From a bacterium (GTDB lineage: Bacteria > JAHJDO01): DNA of 64,000 nt. The stretch is taken from assembly GCA_043824255.1 (NCBI GenBank), contig JBDRTG010000007.1, positions 1,641 to 65,640 of the forward strand, in the 5' to 3' direction. The number at the start of each line of letters is the position of its first letter. Within the stretch, counting starts at the first letter, position 1. Both the position numbers and the translations under genes were made by a program. Of the stretch, positions 29,217 through 39,102 are shown piece by piece. The notes below the pieces were generated by a model that was given only the letters and a program-made list of their open reading frames with translations, was not told the DNA's origin and searched no databases.

Positions 29217-29813
29217 TTACTCTTTCCTTTTTTTTGCCAGACTATTGAATAATCCAAGGAATAGACCGAGAGCTATAAATGCTCCTGGGGGGAGTATCAT
29301 TATTATCACAGGATTGAATCCAGCTCCCAATACATGATATCCCCAGATTGTTCCGGCTCCAAGTATTTCTCTTGTAGCTCCAAGAAGCGCAAGTGCGCCT
29401 GTAAATCCTATTCCCATACCCAATGCGTCCATGATTGAAGGGAAAACAGGATTTTTTGATGCAAAAGCCTCTGCTCTGCCAAGTATAATACAGTTTACAA
29501 CAATCAATGGAATAAATATCCCGAGGGATTTGTTTAATGCAGGAAAATATGCCTGCATTATAAGTTCTACTATAGTTACAAAAGTAGCAATGATCACAAT
29601 AAACGCAGGAATGCGAATATTTGATGGTATAAGCTTTCGGAATAGAGAAACAAGTATATTGGACCCTAAAAGCACAAAGGTAGTAGCTGCTCCCATGCCT
29701 ATGGCATTTACCAGCGAGGTTGAAACAGCAAGTGTTGGACACATGCCCAGAATGAGCCGAAACGTGGGATTCTCTGCAAAAATACCTCTTGTAAAATCTT
29801 GTTTAAGGCTCAT
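29217..29813 (-). CDS. rnfE: Rnf complex subunit E
   Basis: A RnfA paralogue with ENPTFRLILGMCPTLAVST. Confidence 0.9.
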   Translation of the reverse strand: MSLKQDFTRGIFAENPTFRLILGMCPTLAVSTSLVNAIGMGAATTFVLLGSNILVSLFRKLIPSNIRIPAFIVIIATFVTIVELIMQAYFPALNKSLGIFIPLIVVNCIILGRAEAFASKNPVFPSIMDALGMGIGFTGALALLGATREILGAGTIWGYHVLGAGFNPVIIMILPPGAFIALGLFLGLFNSLAKKRKE

Positions 29814-29815
29814 TT

Positions 29816-30355
29816 TTATTTTCTCTCAATCTTTAAAAATTCTGTTATAGATTTTTGCACAGCTTCACTAACAGCACGCGATGATATAGTAGCTCCAGTG
29901 AGTGCATCAATAGTTCCTTTGCTGGAATCCTTTTTTAGTAAAACCTGTTTCAAGGTTTTGTTCATAAACTGATTTGCGAACTTCTTTCTTTTTATTCTTG
30001 TCCCAAGACCTGGAGTTTCATTTTGACTTGTGATTCTAATAGATTTAATTGTTTTGCTCAGATTCATGCCCACTTTAATTTTAATTGTGCTGCCAAATCC
30101 TTTCCCAGATGCATCGATTGCATATCCTATTAACTTATTCTTTGTATAAACTTTATAATAAGCATAGTTGTCTTTACCAGTAGTTAGGTTAAAGCTTGTT
30201 GCTTCTGAGAAAATGTCCTTTAGAGCTTTTTCTTCTTCTAGTTTAACTCGTTTTGCAATTGGTTCCTTTGTAACAGTATAGATTATACCTAGAATTGTAC
30301 CCGAGATAGTGGCAATTATAAGCAGACTCGCTGATAATTTTAATATGTTACGCAT
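29816..30355 (-). CDS. rnfG: Rnf complex subunit G (FMN-binding)
   Basis: N-terminal anchor and the covalent-FMN motif DALTGATISSRAV. Confidence 0.85.
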   Translation of the reverse strand: MRNILKLSASLLIIATISGTILGIIYTVTKEPIAKRVKLEEEKALKDIFSEATSFNLTTGKDNYAYYKVYTKNKLIGYAIDASGKGFGSTIKIKVGMNLSKTIKSIRITSQNETPGLGTRIKRKKFANQFMNKTLKQVLLKKDSSKGTIDALTGATISSRAVSEAVQKSITEFLKIERK

Positions 30356-31304
30356 TTATTTCCCCAAATTTTCTGGGTATTGTCCATTTCCATCTGTCTA
30401 TTAATGGAGTTACAGCATTCATCAATAATATGGAGTAGCATACTCCTTCAGGATATCCGCCTTTCAACCTTATCAAAACCACTATTATCCCAGCCCCTAA
30501 TCCGAATATAATTTTACCCTTGGGTGTTATAGGGGTTGTTACATAATCTGTTGCCATGAAGAAAGCGCCAAGAATTAATCCTCCACTCAGTATGCTGAAT
30601 AATGCGTCTCCTGTGAATAAGCCGTTATGGCCGAATATCCAGGAAAGCAGTGCTACACACCCAATGTAAGAAACAGGAATATGCCATGAAATTCGTTTTC
30701 TTATAAATAAAAATATTGCGCCCAGCAGCAGGGCAAAAGCAGATGTCTCTCCGATACATCCTCCTACATTCCCGATAAACAGGCTCCAGTTGGAAGGAAG
30801 TTCTTGAGCCAGATTAAGCTTTACTATTGCTAATGGAGTTGCGCAGGTTTCAGCATCAATTCTTCCGAACCAGCCTGGTTGTGGTGCCAGCCATGTGGTC
30901 ATAAAACCAGGCCATGAAGCCACGAGTATTGCTCTGCCTATAAGTGCCGGGTTGAATATATTGCGTCCAAGACCGCCAAATACTTCTTTTCCCAGTATAA
31001 CAGCACATGCAGTTCCAACAGCAGGCAGCCATAAAGGTACGCCAGGAGGTATTATCATAGCTAATAAAAGACCCGTTACAATACCACTGCCATTTGATAT
31101 AGTTTTGCGTCCTCTTATTTTGGATATGGTCGCCTCAGTTATTACGGCTGTGGAGATGCTTATTACGACTGGATACAGCACTTGTGTGCCGAAAAAATAA
31201 ATTCCCATACCGAGTGCGGGCACAAGAGCTATTATAACATCCCACATTATCTTTTTGACGGATAAATTAGAATGGATATGCGGGGATGCTGAAAGAGTAT
31301 ACAT
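30348..31304 (-). CDS. rnfD: Rnf complex subunit D
   Basis: SASPHIHS N-terminus and GAFFMATDYVTTP. I took the start at Met 33 of the ORF, giving a TAATG overlap with the rnfC stop. Confidence 0.9.
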   Translation of the reverse strand: MYTLSASPHIHSNLSVKKIMWDVIIALVPALGMGIYFFGTQVLYPVVISISTAVITEATISKIRGRKTISNGSGIVTGLLLAMIIPPGVPLWLPAVGTACAVILGKEVFGGLGRNIFNPALIGRAILVASWPGFMTTWLAPQPGWFGRIDAETCATPLAIVKLNLAQELPSNWSLFIGNVGGCIGETSAFALLLGAIFLFIRKRISWHIPVSYIGCVALLSWIFGHNGLFTGDALFSILSGGLILGAFFMATDYVTTPITPKGKIIFGLGAGIIVVLIRLKGGYPEGVCYSILLMNAVTPLIDRWKWTIPRKFGEINA

Positions 31305-32626
31305 TAAAATTTTCTCAGTTGCGTTTTTCCATATTTTATATACTGGACTATTGGTATACGTGCAGGACATACATATGTACAAGCCCCACATTCCATACAA
31401 TCTAATAATCCGTATTCTTTTGCATGTTCAAACCGATCATTTTTTATAGAGTTAGTTATTACATTAGGCAATATTTTCATTGGGCAAACACTAGCACAAT
31501 TGCCACATCTTATACAACATTCCTCAGGCTCGTCACAAACCTCGTCCTTTGTTTGTACAAGTATTCCGGATGTGCCTTTAATTACCGGGACATCTGTTGT
31601 ATATTGGGCGATCCCCATCATTGGGCCACCCATTATTATTTTGCCTATTTCTTCTTTGACTCCTTCACATGCCTCTATTAAATTTGAAAAAGGAGTTCCT
31701 ATTCTTACTCTAAGATTTTGTGGATTCCTGATGCCTCCTCCTGTTACAGTGACAATTCGCTCTACCAGAGGTTTTCTTTCTACAACAGATTCGTATACTG
31801 CAAATGAGGTGCCGACATTACTAACTATTACTCCTACATCCATTGGAAGTCCGCCGCTTGGCACTTCACATTTCAGGAGAGCTTTTATAAGCTGTTTTTC
31901 AGCTCCCTGAGGATATTTTACCTTGAGTGATATCACATCAATATTGACATCAGGTTCTTTGTTAATCTCGTCCGCGATTTTTTTAAGTGCATCAGGTTTA
32001 TTTTGTTCAATACCAATTATGCCTTTCTTTACGCCAGTTGCTTTCATTAAGATTTTGAGTCCTATGACAACTTGTTTTGCATATTCCAGCATTAGCATGT
32101 GATCAGCTGTTAGAAATGGTTCACATTCAGCGCCATTTAAAATATATGTATCAATTTTTTTATTTTCTGGCGGGCTGAGTTTTACATGTACTGGAAACAT
32201 AGCTCCGCCAAGGCCAACAACACCTGCTTCCTGTACAATATATTTTATTTGTTCTGGTTCGAGCGTTTTCCAGTCTCTTTTTGTTTCTTCAATAGCCCAT
32301 GTATCGGCCTCATCAGATTCTATAAGAATAGATAGAACTTTAGTCCCTAAAGGATGTAGCATAGGGGAAATATCTACTACTTTACCTGATATTGTGGCAT
32401 GAACAGGTGCAGATATAAATGCCTCTGCATCACCAATTTTTTGCCCTACTTTAACAATGTCTCCAATATTAACTAGCGGCTTACATACTGCGCCTGTATG
32501 CTGCTGCAGGGGAATGATTGCTTTTTTAGGAGGGAGAAGATTTAGAATTTTCTTTGTATTTGTGCTATCTTTAGAATTCTCTGGATGAATCCCCCCATAA
32601 AAACTAGAATTTAGCATAGTCACCAA
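31304..32626 (-). CDS. rnfC: Rnf complex subunit C
   Basis: NADH/FMN-binding region GLGGAMFP and two ferredoxin motifs, CIRCGNCASVCP and CMECGACTYVCP. Confidence 0.9.
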   Translation of the reverse strand: MVTMLNSSFYGGIHPENSKDSTNTKKILNLLPPKKAIIPLQQHTGAVCKPLVNIGDIVKVGQKIGDAEAFISAPVHATISGKVVDISPMLHPLGTKVLSILIESDEADTWAIEETKRDWKTLEPEQIKYIVQEAGVVGLGGAMFPVHVKLSPPENKKIDTYILNGAECEPFLTADHMLMLEYAKQVVIGLKILMKATGVKKGIIGIEQNKPDALKKIADEINKEPDVNIDVISLKVKYPQGAEKQLIKALLKCEVPSGGLPMDVGVIVSNVGTSFAVYESVVERKPLVERIVTVTGGGIRNPQNLRVRIGTPFSNLIEACEGVKEEIGKIIMGGPMMGIAQYTTDVPVIKGTSGILVQTKDEVCDEPEECCIRCGNCASVCPMKILPNVITNSIKNDRFEHAKEYGLLDCMECGACTYVCPARIPIVQYIKYGKTQLRKF

Positions 32627-32725
32627 TGGATTAAATTGACAGTTTGTAACTTACTTGTTAAAATTCTGTGCAATGATATCAACTAATTTTTAGTTTGTCA
32701 AAACGCCTAGAGAGTAGGGGCAGGA

Positions 32726-33715
32726 ATGCGAAAGATGATTATTGTTACTGGTGGAGCAGGGTTTATCGGAAGTGCCATTGTATGGAAATTAAATCAGCAA
32801 GGAGAGTTTAATATTCTTGTTGTTGATGAGTTAGGAAAGAGCAGCAAATGCAAGAATCTTCGGAGTCTTAGGTTCCTAGATTATATTAGCAAGGATATTT
32901 TTCTTGAGAAAGTGCTTAAAGGCGATTTTAAATCAGGTGTTCGTGCATTGATTCATATGGGAGCATGTTCAGATACTACCGAACAGGATGCAGATTATCT
33001 TTTACTGAATAATTATGAGTATACAAAGCACCTTGCTGCTTATGCTACCAGGTGTAATGTGCGCTTTATCTATGCTTCCAGCGCTGCAACATATGGAGAC
33101 GGTTCTTATGGATATTCCGATAAAGAAAAAGATTTGCATAAATTCCATCCTCTGAATATGTATGCTTATTCTAAACATTTTTTTGATCTCTGGACAGAGA
33201 GAAATGGATTATTGAAACAAGTTGCAGGACTTAAATTTTTCAATGTTTTTGGGCCGAACGAGTATCATAAAGGAGAAATGAGAAGCATGGTTATTAAGGC
33301 CTTTGAACAGATAAAAAAGGAAGGAGAAATTAGGCTCTTTAAGTCACATAGAACAGAATATGGGAATGGTGAGCAGAAAAGGGATTTTTTATATATAAAG
33401 GATGCTGTAGAAATGACTCTGTTTTTTTTGCAGAATCCGGGTGTTAATGGAATATTTAATATTGGTACAGGCAGAGCAGAAACATGGAATAAACTTGCAG
33501 AACTGGTTTTTGAGGCATTGAAGCTTAAACCTGACATTAAATATATCTCAATGCCTGAAGAGATAAAGGATTCTTATCAATATTTTACTCAGGCTGATAT
33601 ATCCAAACTTCATCATGCAGGATACAGAATGCCCACAACATCTCTAAAGAAGGCTATTTTTGATTATGTTCAGAATTACTTACAACCCCAAAAATATCTT
33701 TCGAACTCACCCTGA
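32726..33715 (+). CDS. hldD: ADP-L-glycero-D-manno-heptose 6-epimerase
   Basis: IIVTGGAGFIGS, YASSAATYG and NVFGPNEYHKGEMRSMV, 329 aa. The last codons (N-S-P-stop) are read from the GC-rich palindromic element. Confidence 0.8.
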   Translation: MRKMIIVTGGAGFIGSAIVWKLNQQGEFNILVVDELGKSSKCKNLRSLRFLDYISKDIFLEKVLKGDFKSGVRALIHMGACSDTTEQDADYLLLNNYEYTKHLAAYATRCNVRFIYASSAATYGDGSYGYSDKEKDLHKFHPLNMYAYSKHFFDLWTERNGLLKQVAGLKFFNVFGPNEYHKGEMRSMVIKAFEQIKKEGEIRLFKSHRTEYGNGEQKRDFLYIKDAVEMTLFFLQNPGVNGIFNIGTGRAETWNKLAELVFEALKLKPDIKYISMPEEIKDSYQYFTQADISKLHHAGYRMPTTSLKKAIFDYVQNYLQPQKYLSNSP

Positions 33716-33785
33716 TCCTCTCTTGAGAAGATAGGGAATATTCCCCTTCTCTGTCAAGAGAAGGGGCTAGGGGATGAGTTGGACA
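33703..33785. repeat. GC-rich palindromic element, copy B (two head-to-head units)
   Basis: AACTCACCCTGATCCTCTCTTGAGAAGATAGGGAAT is followed by the inverted unit ATTCCCCTTCTCTGTCAAGAGAAGGGGCTAGGGGATGAGTT. The second hairpin has a perfect 10-bp stem. Confidence 0.75.
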
Positions 33786-33864
33786 AAAAAACATTTGACA
33801 AGAGTATGGTAACTATGTAACAATTCGATAAATGAATTTGAAAGCGGGGGAGGTGAGTAATAAA

Positions 33865-34416
33865 ATGTTGAGGTTTATTAGAAGATACAAGGGGTTTACG
33901 CTTATTGAATTGCTGGTTGTTATAGCAATTATTGCTCTTCTTGCATCCATGCTTCTGCCAGCGCTGGCAAGAGCAAGAGAAATGGCTAGGAGAACAAAGT
34001 GTATAAGCAATCTGAAACAGATTGGTCTTGGTTGTCATATGTACGCTCAGGACTGGGATGACTATTTTCCTGATACCGGCGAGGCTAACACAAAGAACTT
34101 GGGATCAGATACGGTTGCTGCTGTCGCTGTAATGAATTTTTATCCCAATTATATTTCGTCTCTAGCGGTATTTGAGTGTCCGTCTGGCACAGAGAGGGTT
34201 GATAACGAAAGTGATATTGAGGATGGAGGCTATGTGTACAATGACGATCTGACAGAGATGGATAGCTCAGACACAGTGCTTGCGTGCGATACCGGTGTTG
34301 CGCATCACACAAATCCGAATGTTATTAATGTGCTGTATCTTGACGGGCATGTTGCAGCTGTAAAAGACGGAGCTGCGACCACAACGTCCGGCTATACCAC
34401 TGTAGGTGCCTATTAA
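33865..34416 (+). CDS. Prepilin-type N-terminal methylation-domain protein with DUF1559 / H-X9-DG C-terminus
   Basis: [31 protein letters not shown], then [18 protein letters not shown] preferred ATG 33865 (GGAGG upstream) over 33832. Confidence 0.85.
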   Translation: MLRFIRRYKGFTLIELLVVIAIIALLASMLLPALARAREMARRTKCISNLKQIGLGCHMYAQDWDDYFPDTGEANTKNLGSDTVAAVAVMNFYPNYISSLAVFECPSGTERVDNESDIEDGGYVYNDDLTEMDSSDTVLACDTGVAHHTNPNVINVLYLDGHVAAVKDGAATTTSGYTTVGAY

Positions 34417-34443
34417 TTTCAGGTTAGTTTGCTTGATAGAAAG

Positions 34444-34474
34444 CAGTCCCGGGATCATCGGGGCTGTTTTTTTT
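34444..34474 (+). terminator. Rho-independent terminator
   Basis: Stem CAGTCCCG (34444-34451) pairs with CGGGGCTG (34459-34466), 8 bp with one G-U pair, followed by T8. Confidence 0.75.
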
Positions 34475-34529
34475 GCTTTAATTCCTGATTATCAGTATAA
34501 TAACTGAAATTTCTAGTTTATGTTTTCTT

Positions 34530-36608
34530 ATGAACTTAAAAAAACTCCAATACAGTATTGTAAGTGAAATATGTCTGTTAATTATTATCTTTTTTGTTCC
34601 AATAGCAGTTTTTAAGGCTGCATATAATTATGTATTCATAAAGTTTGTCATAGCTCAAGCTATGGTATTTTGTGTCATCCTATTATGGATATATAAGCTT
34701 CTCTCTCAAAATTCAAAACTGGTTTTTCCCGAATTCCCCAGAGGCCTTATAAGCGTTTTTTGTTTATGGTGCTTAGCGTCATTCTTTATGGCAATGAATA
34801 AGTTTGCTGGTGCCACAGAACTGGTAAACTTATTTACATATGTTTTGATCTATTTTGTGGTATTAGAAACATGTAAGTCAAGATCTACGTTTTTAAGGGT
34901 TTGTTTTGTGTGGTTTTTAGCTACATTCATAGCAGAAGTTCCTACACTGCTTAACCGTTTTAGCATTCCTATAATTCGTAACTTGCCGCAATTATTTGGT
35001 AATCCCACATTCTTTGCCCCGTATATTGTTTTGTGTATACCTGTAATCCTATCTTTTATTCTATATTTTTTTGTGGATATAAATTCAAAATTAAAAATCC
35101 AAAATCCAAAATTATTTTTCTATTTAGCGCTGTGTTGTATTCTAGTGGTAACCAGCATTATTTCCGTTTACAAATTAGAAGCGAGAGCCGCATGGATTGG
35201 ATTTTGTGTTTCCATTGTGTTTTTTGCCTGTGCATTTGTTTATTCAAGATGGGGTCTGGCGAAAAGTTTTCACTTATTTATTGGAGTGATTCTCTTATGC
35301 GCTGCTGCATGGCAGGTAAGATCAGAGTCAATAATGCGAATTATTAATGAGGAACTGCTCACAGGAACTGTTGGAATACGGAAGTGGATTTGGCTGGGAT
35401 CACTGAAGATGTTTCTAGTCAGGCCTTTTACAGGTTGGGGAATAGGTAATTTTGCCACGATTTATCCACAATTCAGATTCCCTGATTATTTTTTGAATCC
35501 ACACGCTGTAAATGCAACACGGCACGTACACTGTGAGGTACTTGAAATTGGATGCGAACTGGGAGTTGTAGGACTGGCGCTTTTTGTTGGAATTATAGGC
35601 AGTATTCTTTCCCGAGGTATAAATATAGCGAGGAATACCGATGACAGACTCAAAAAGTGTCTGCTTATAGGATTTATATCAGGGGTAATAGGTATGCTTT
35701 TTGAAAATCTGGGAAATGTAGATTTAAGATTTCATTCTTCAGGTATATTCCTGTGGTTTGCTCTGGGATGTGTGTCTGCTCTAAGCAATGGGAAAACTCA
35801 AAACCCAAAACTCCCCGAAGGAGAACAAGTTCCCTACGGGGCAGGCAAAATTCAAAATTCCAAATTCAAAATTCCAATTATATTCATATTTTCAGCTTTA
35901 CTTTTATTTGTGTTTAATTATTTTTCAGTAAATCCATTGAGAGCGGAGGTATATTTTAGAAAGGGGGTTGAATATCGTAACAAAGAGGACTGGAATAAGG
36001 CTATACGTATGTATGGGGAGACAATCAAGCTCAATAGAGGGCATCTTAAGGCATATTATCGCCTGGCATTTGCATACGCTAAGGTAGGGAAGATAGAAGA
36101 TGCTTTTAGAGTATATTATCAGCTTGCTGAGCTAGATCCGGATTATGCTGATATTCACTATAATCTAGCAAAGTTGTATATCAGTATTAAGGATTACAAA
36201 AAAGCTGTTAGAGAGCTGGAGATAGCTGTGGGACAGAATCCTTATAATGATAAGGCGTTAATGGGTTTGGGAAATGCGTATGAAAAACTTGGAAAGCTTG
36301 ACGGGGCAGTTCAGCAGTATAAAAAGGCTGTTAAGCTTAATCCTGATTTTGGAGGGGCGCACAATAATCTGGGGAATATTTATATGATGAAAAAAGAGTG
36401 GGATGAGGCAATTGAGGAGTATAAAATTGCCCTAAGGCTTATGCCAAAAGCTCTTGGTGTTGCTCGTAATTTAGGAGTAGCTTATTATAAGAAAGGGGAT
36501 TACAAAGAAGCCAAGAATATATTCGAAAAAATCCTGCAGATACAGCCTGATAATAAACAGGCGTGTAATTATCTGGAACAGATAAATAAAGTGATGAGTA
36601 AACAGTGA
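34530..36608 (+). CDS. O-antigen ligase/polymerase (Wzy_C-type) fused to a C-terminal TPR domain
   Basis: About 10 TM helices, with a periplasmic loop carrying H..NATRHVHCEVLEIGCELG (O-antigen ligase style). One further TM helix is followed by about 6 TPR units (AIRMYGETIKLNRGHLKAYYRLAFAY...). Confidence 0.75.
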   Translation: MNLKKLQYSIVSEICLLIIIFFVPIAVFKAAYNYVFIKFVIAQAMVFCVILLWIYKLLSQNSKLVFPEFPRGLISVFCLWCLASFFMAMNKFAGATELVNLFTYVLIYFVVLETCKSRSTFLRVCFVWFLATFIAEVPTLLNRFSIPIIRNLPQLFGNPTFFAPYIVLCIPVILSFILYFFVDINSKLKIQNPKLFFYLALCCILVVTSIISVYKLEARAAWIGFCVSIVFFACAFVYSRWGLAKSFHLFIGVILLCAAAWQVRSESIMRIINEELLTGTVGIRKWIWLGSLKMFLVRPFTGWGIGNFATIYPQFRFPDYFLNPHAVNATRHVHCEVLEIGCELGVVGLALFVGIIGSILSRGINIARNTDDRLKKCLLIGFISGVIGMLFENLGNVDLRFHSSGIFLWFALGCVSALSNGKTQNPKLPEGEQVPYGAGKIQNSKFKIPIIFIFSALLLFVFNYFSVNPLRAEVYFRKGVEYRNKEDWNKAIRMYGETIKLNRGHLKAYYRLAFAYAKVGKIEDAFRVYYQLAELDPDYADIHYNLAKLYISIKDYKKAVRELEIAVGQNPYNDKALMGLGNAYEKLGKLDGAVQQYKKAVKLNPDFGGAHNNLGNIYMMKKEWDEAIEEYKIALRLMPKALGVARNLGVAYYKKGDYKEAKNIFEKILQIQPDNKQACNYLEQINKVMSKQ
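35081..35116. repeat. AT-rich repeat copy inside a CDS
   Basis: aaattcaaaattaaaaatccaaaatccaaaattatt is read as [13 protein letters not shown], directly before a TM helix. Confidence 0.7.
35793..35880. repeat. Composite insertion inside a CDS: A/C-rich tract, GC hairpin, AT-rich repeat
   Basis: aaaactcaaaacccaaaact, then the imperfect hairpin CCCCGAAGGAGAAC-AA-GTTCCCTACGGGG (35813-35841), then aaaattcaaaattccaaattcaaaattcc. It is read as TQNPKLPEGEQVPYGAGKIQNSKFKI. Confidence 0.7.
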
Positions 36609-37993
36609 TTGGGCTAATTGTTCTTTTCGGATGTTTTTTGCGGTTGTATAAAATCGGTTCCAAAAGCCTCTGGCTTGACGAAGCATATAGTGTGTATATT
36701 ACAAAACTACCTCTATTTGAAATGCTTTCACAAATAATAAAAGCAGATATACATCCGCCATTCTACAATCTACTTCTGCATTTCTGGGTAACGCTTGGTA
36801 GTACAGAATGGTATGTGCGTCTACTATCAGCATTATTCAGCATAGTAATTATCTGGATAGTATATTTAATAGGCAAAAACTTATTTTCTGCAAAAGCGGG
36901 AATTATTGCGAGTCTTATAACTTCAATTTCTTCATATCAGATATATTATGCGCAGGAAGCAAGATTATATGCGCTTATTACACTTCTATGCGCACTGTCA
37001 CTTCTAGCTTTTATCCGTGCATTAAAAACACATAGCACAAAAACATGGATACTGCTCTGTCTTATAAACGTACTTGCGCTCTACACTTACATATACAGCG
37101 CCTTTTTTATCATAGGGGAATATGTAATCGCTGTCTGGTTTTCAAAATCTGCTAAAGGCAGTATAAAAATAATTTTATTAACAATGTTGGCAACATGTTT
37201 AGTCTTTATTCCAGAGATATTAGTATTGTTTAGCAGAAAGGTTGAAATAGTAAATCTCCTAAAGCCATTTGACCTAAGCAGTATTATAGTAATGCTTCCA
37301 CAATTTATTTTAGGTTATTTTCTCTTGCAAAGCGGACTTACTGCTATTATGGTTTTTATTTTATTTGCAATTATTATTGCTGTAGGCGTTTTCTATGACA
37401 GACGTAATAAAAATGTTTATTTACTTATATTATTGATCGTGATTCCTATAATTATAACGATTTTATCTCCATTCAGAACAACGGATTTTCAATCCAAGCA
37501 TTTAATATTCATATCGCCTGTTATATATCTATTAATTGCTCATACCGTTACTAAAATCCATAAGAAAAGCGTGTCTACATTGGTTCTTGTTTTTGTAGTG
37601 CTGTTAAATCTTGCATCTTTGAGAATTTATTACTCTCGGGATTTTGTAAAAGAAAACTGGAGAGATACTGCATTATTTGTAAGTAAGAATTCCAGGCCAA
37701 ATGATATAATTTGTTATAATCCATCCTATGCAGGATTTGGATTTGATTATTATGACAAAACTAGCCTAAAAAAATATGGCATTAATAAAAATGATATTCC
37801 TCAAACATTATTAAATATAATAAAGTTAAAGAGACGCATATGGCTTATACAGAATTCAAGCTCTGTTGCTACTCCAAATCCAGAAGTTAAAGGAATATTC
37901 GAAAAAAATTGCGAAACTAAAATCTCAAAACATTATAATGATTTTATTGGGAACATAGATTTGATACTTTATAGGCCACAACAACCCTGGTAG
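36605..37993 (+). CDS. GT-C glycosyltransferase (ArnT / PMT_2-like, family 39/83)
   Basis: SLWLDEAYSVYI near the N-terminus, about 11 TM helices and a short soluble C-terminus. A GTGA overlap joins it to the preceding gene. Confidence 0.7.
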   Translation: MIGLIVLFGCFLRLYKIGSKSLWLDEAYSVYITKLPLFEMLSQIIKADIHPPFYNLLLHFWVTLGSTEWYVRLLSALFSIVIIWIVYLIGKNLFSAKAGIIASLITSISSYQIYYAQEARLYALITLLCALSLLAFIRALKTHSTKTWILLCLINVLALYTYIYSAFFIIGEYVIAVWFSKSAKGSIKIILLTMLATCLVFIPEILVLFSRKVEIVNLLKPFDLSSIIVMLPQFILGYFLLQSGLTAIMVFILFAIIIAVGVFYDRRNKNVYLLILLIVIPIIITILSPFRTTDFQSKHLIFISPVIYLLIAHTVTKIHKKSVSTLVLVFVVLLNLASLRIYYSRDFVKENWRDTALFVSKNSRPNDIICYNPSYAGFGFDYYDKTSLKKYGINKNDIPQTLLNIIKLKRRIWLIQNSSSVATPNPEVKGIFEKNCETKISKHYNDFIGNIDLILYRPQQPW

Positions 37994-38112
37994 TAATATA
38001 ATTTACCAACCTGATAACTCTCTAAAAAAAAGTTTAATTTTTCTCTTTTGTGTATTATAATGCAGATTCAAATTTAAACTAGTAATCGTTAACTACTAAA
38101 AGGAGAAACAAG

Positions 38113-39102
38113 ATGTCACTCGTACCGATGAGACAGATTCTGGATGAAGCAGAGAAAGGGGATTACGGAGTAGGGGCTTATAACGTCAACAATATGGAGC
38201 AGCTACAGGCAATAGTGTGGGCTGCAGATGAAACTAAGTCTCCTGTCATACTTCAGGTTTCAAAGACAGCGCTTAAATATACAGATAAGAAGTTATTAGT
38301 TGCAATGGTTAACGTTGTAGCAGATACATACAAGGATATTCCTATCGCTCTGCATCTGGATCATGGGTCCAGCCTTGAACTGGTTAAAGAGGTTATAGAT
38401 TTAGGTTTTACTTCCGTAATGATTGACGGATCTCTGGAGGAAGATGGAAAAACTCCCAGAAGCTTTGAAGGCAATGCTGAAATTACACAGAAGGCAGCTG
38501 AATATGCGCATCAGTTTGGAGTTACGGTAGAAGGCGAGCTGGGGACTCTTGGAGGGATTGAGGATGAAATAGCTGCAAGTAAGATTATTCTAACAGATCC
38601 GGATGATGCTATAAAATTTATTCGGCAGACAAAGGTTGACGCCTTAGCTCTTGCTATAGGAACCTCTCATGGAGCTTATAAATTCAAAGCAACACCAGTC
38701 TTAGCATTTGATATTGTAGAGAAGACACACAAGAATTGTCCTGATACAACTCTTGTTATGCACGGTTCCTCAAGCGTTCCTCCTGAATTAATAGAAGAAA
38801 TAAATAAATATGGCGGAAACGTACAGAAAGCAATGGGAGTTCCTGTAAGTATGATTCAGAAGGCTATCAAGCTTGGTGTTAGAAAAATAAACATAGATAC
38901 AGATGGGCGGCTTGCCTGTACCGGAGCTATAAGAAAATACTTTTCTGAGCATCCGGAAGTATTTGATCAAAGAAAATATCTTGGGGAGGCGCGAGAAGCT
39001 ATTAAAAAATGGGTAAAGAGTAAGATGATTGATTTTGGCTCCTCAGGACATGCTACTGACTATGAGCCCAAAACTTTGGAGGATATGAAAAATCTTTACT
39101 AA
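38113..39102 (+). CDS. fba: Class II fructose-1,6-bisphosphate aldolase
   Basis: YGVGAYNVNNMEQLQAI, LHLDHGSS, GELGTLGGIED and GTSHGAYKF. A strong SD (AAAGGAGAAA) lies upstream. Confidence 0.9.
   Translation: MSLVPMRQILDEAEKGDYGVGAYNVNNMEQLQAIVWAADETKSPVILQVSKTALKYTDKKLLVAMVNVVADTYKDIPIALHLDHGSSLELVKEVIDLGFTSVMIDGSLEEDGKTPRSFEGNAEITQKAAEYAHQFGVTVEGELGTLGGIEDEIAASKIILTDPDDAIKFIRQTKVDALALAIGTSHGAYKFKATPVLAFDIVEKTHKNCPDTTLVMHGSSSVPPELIEEINKYGGNVQKAMGVPVSMIQKAIKLGVRKINIDTDGRLACTGAIRKYFSEHPEVFDQRKYLGEAREAIKKWVKSKMIDFGSSGHATDYEPKTLEDMKNLY

Noticed and set aside
33754-34038. Minus-strand ORFs 33754..34038 and 33813..34010, which overlap the GC palindrome and the pseudopilin start.
   Set aside because: They overlap a gene with an unmistakable prepilin methylation motif on the other strand. 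Their translations are Cys/Asn/Gln-rich with no recognisable motif.
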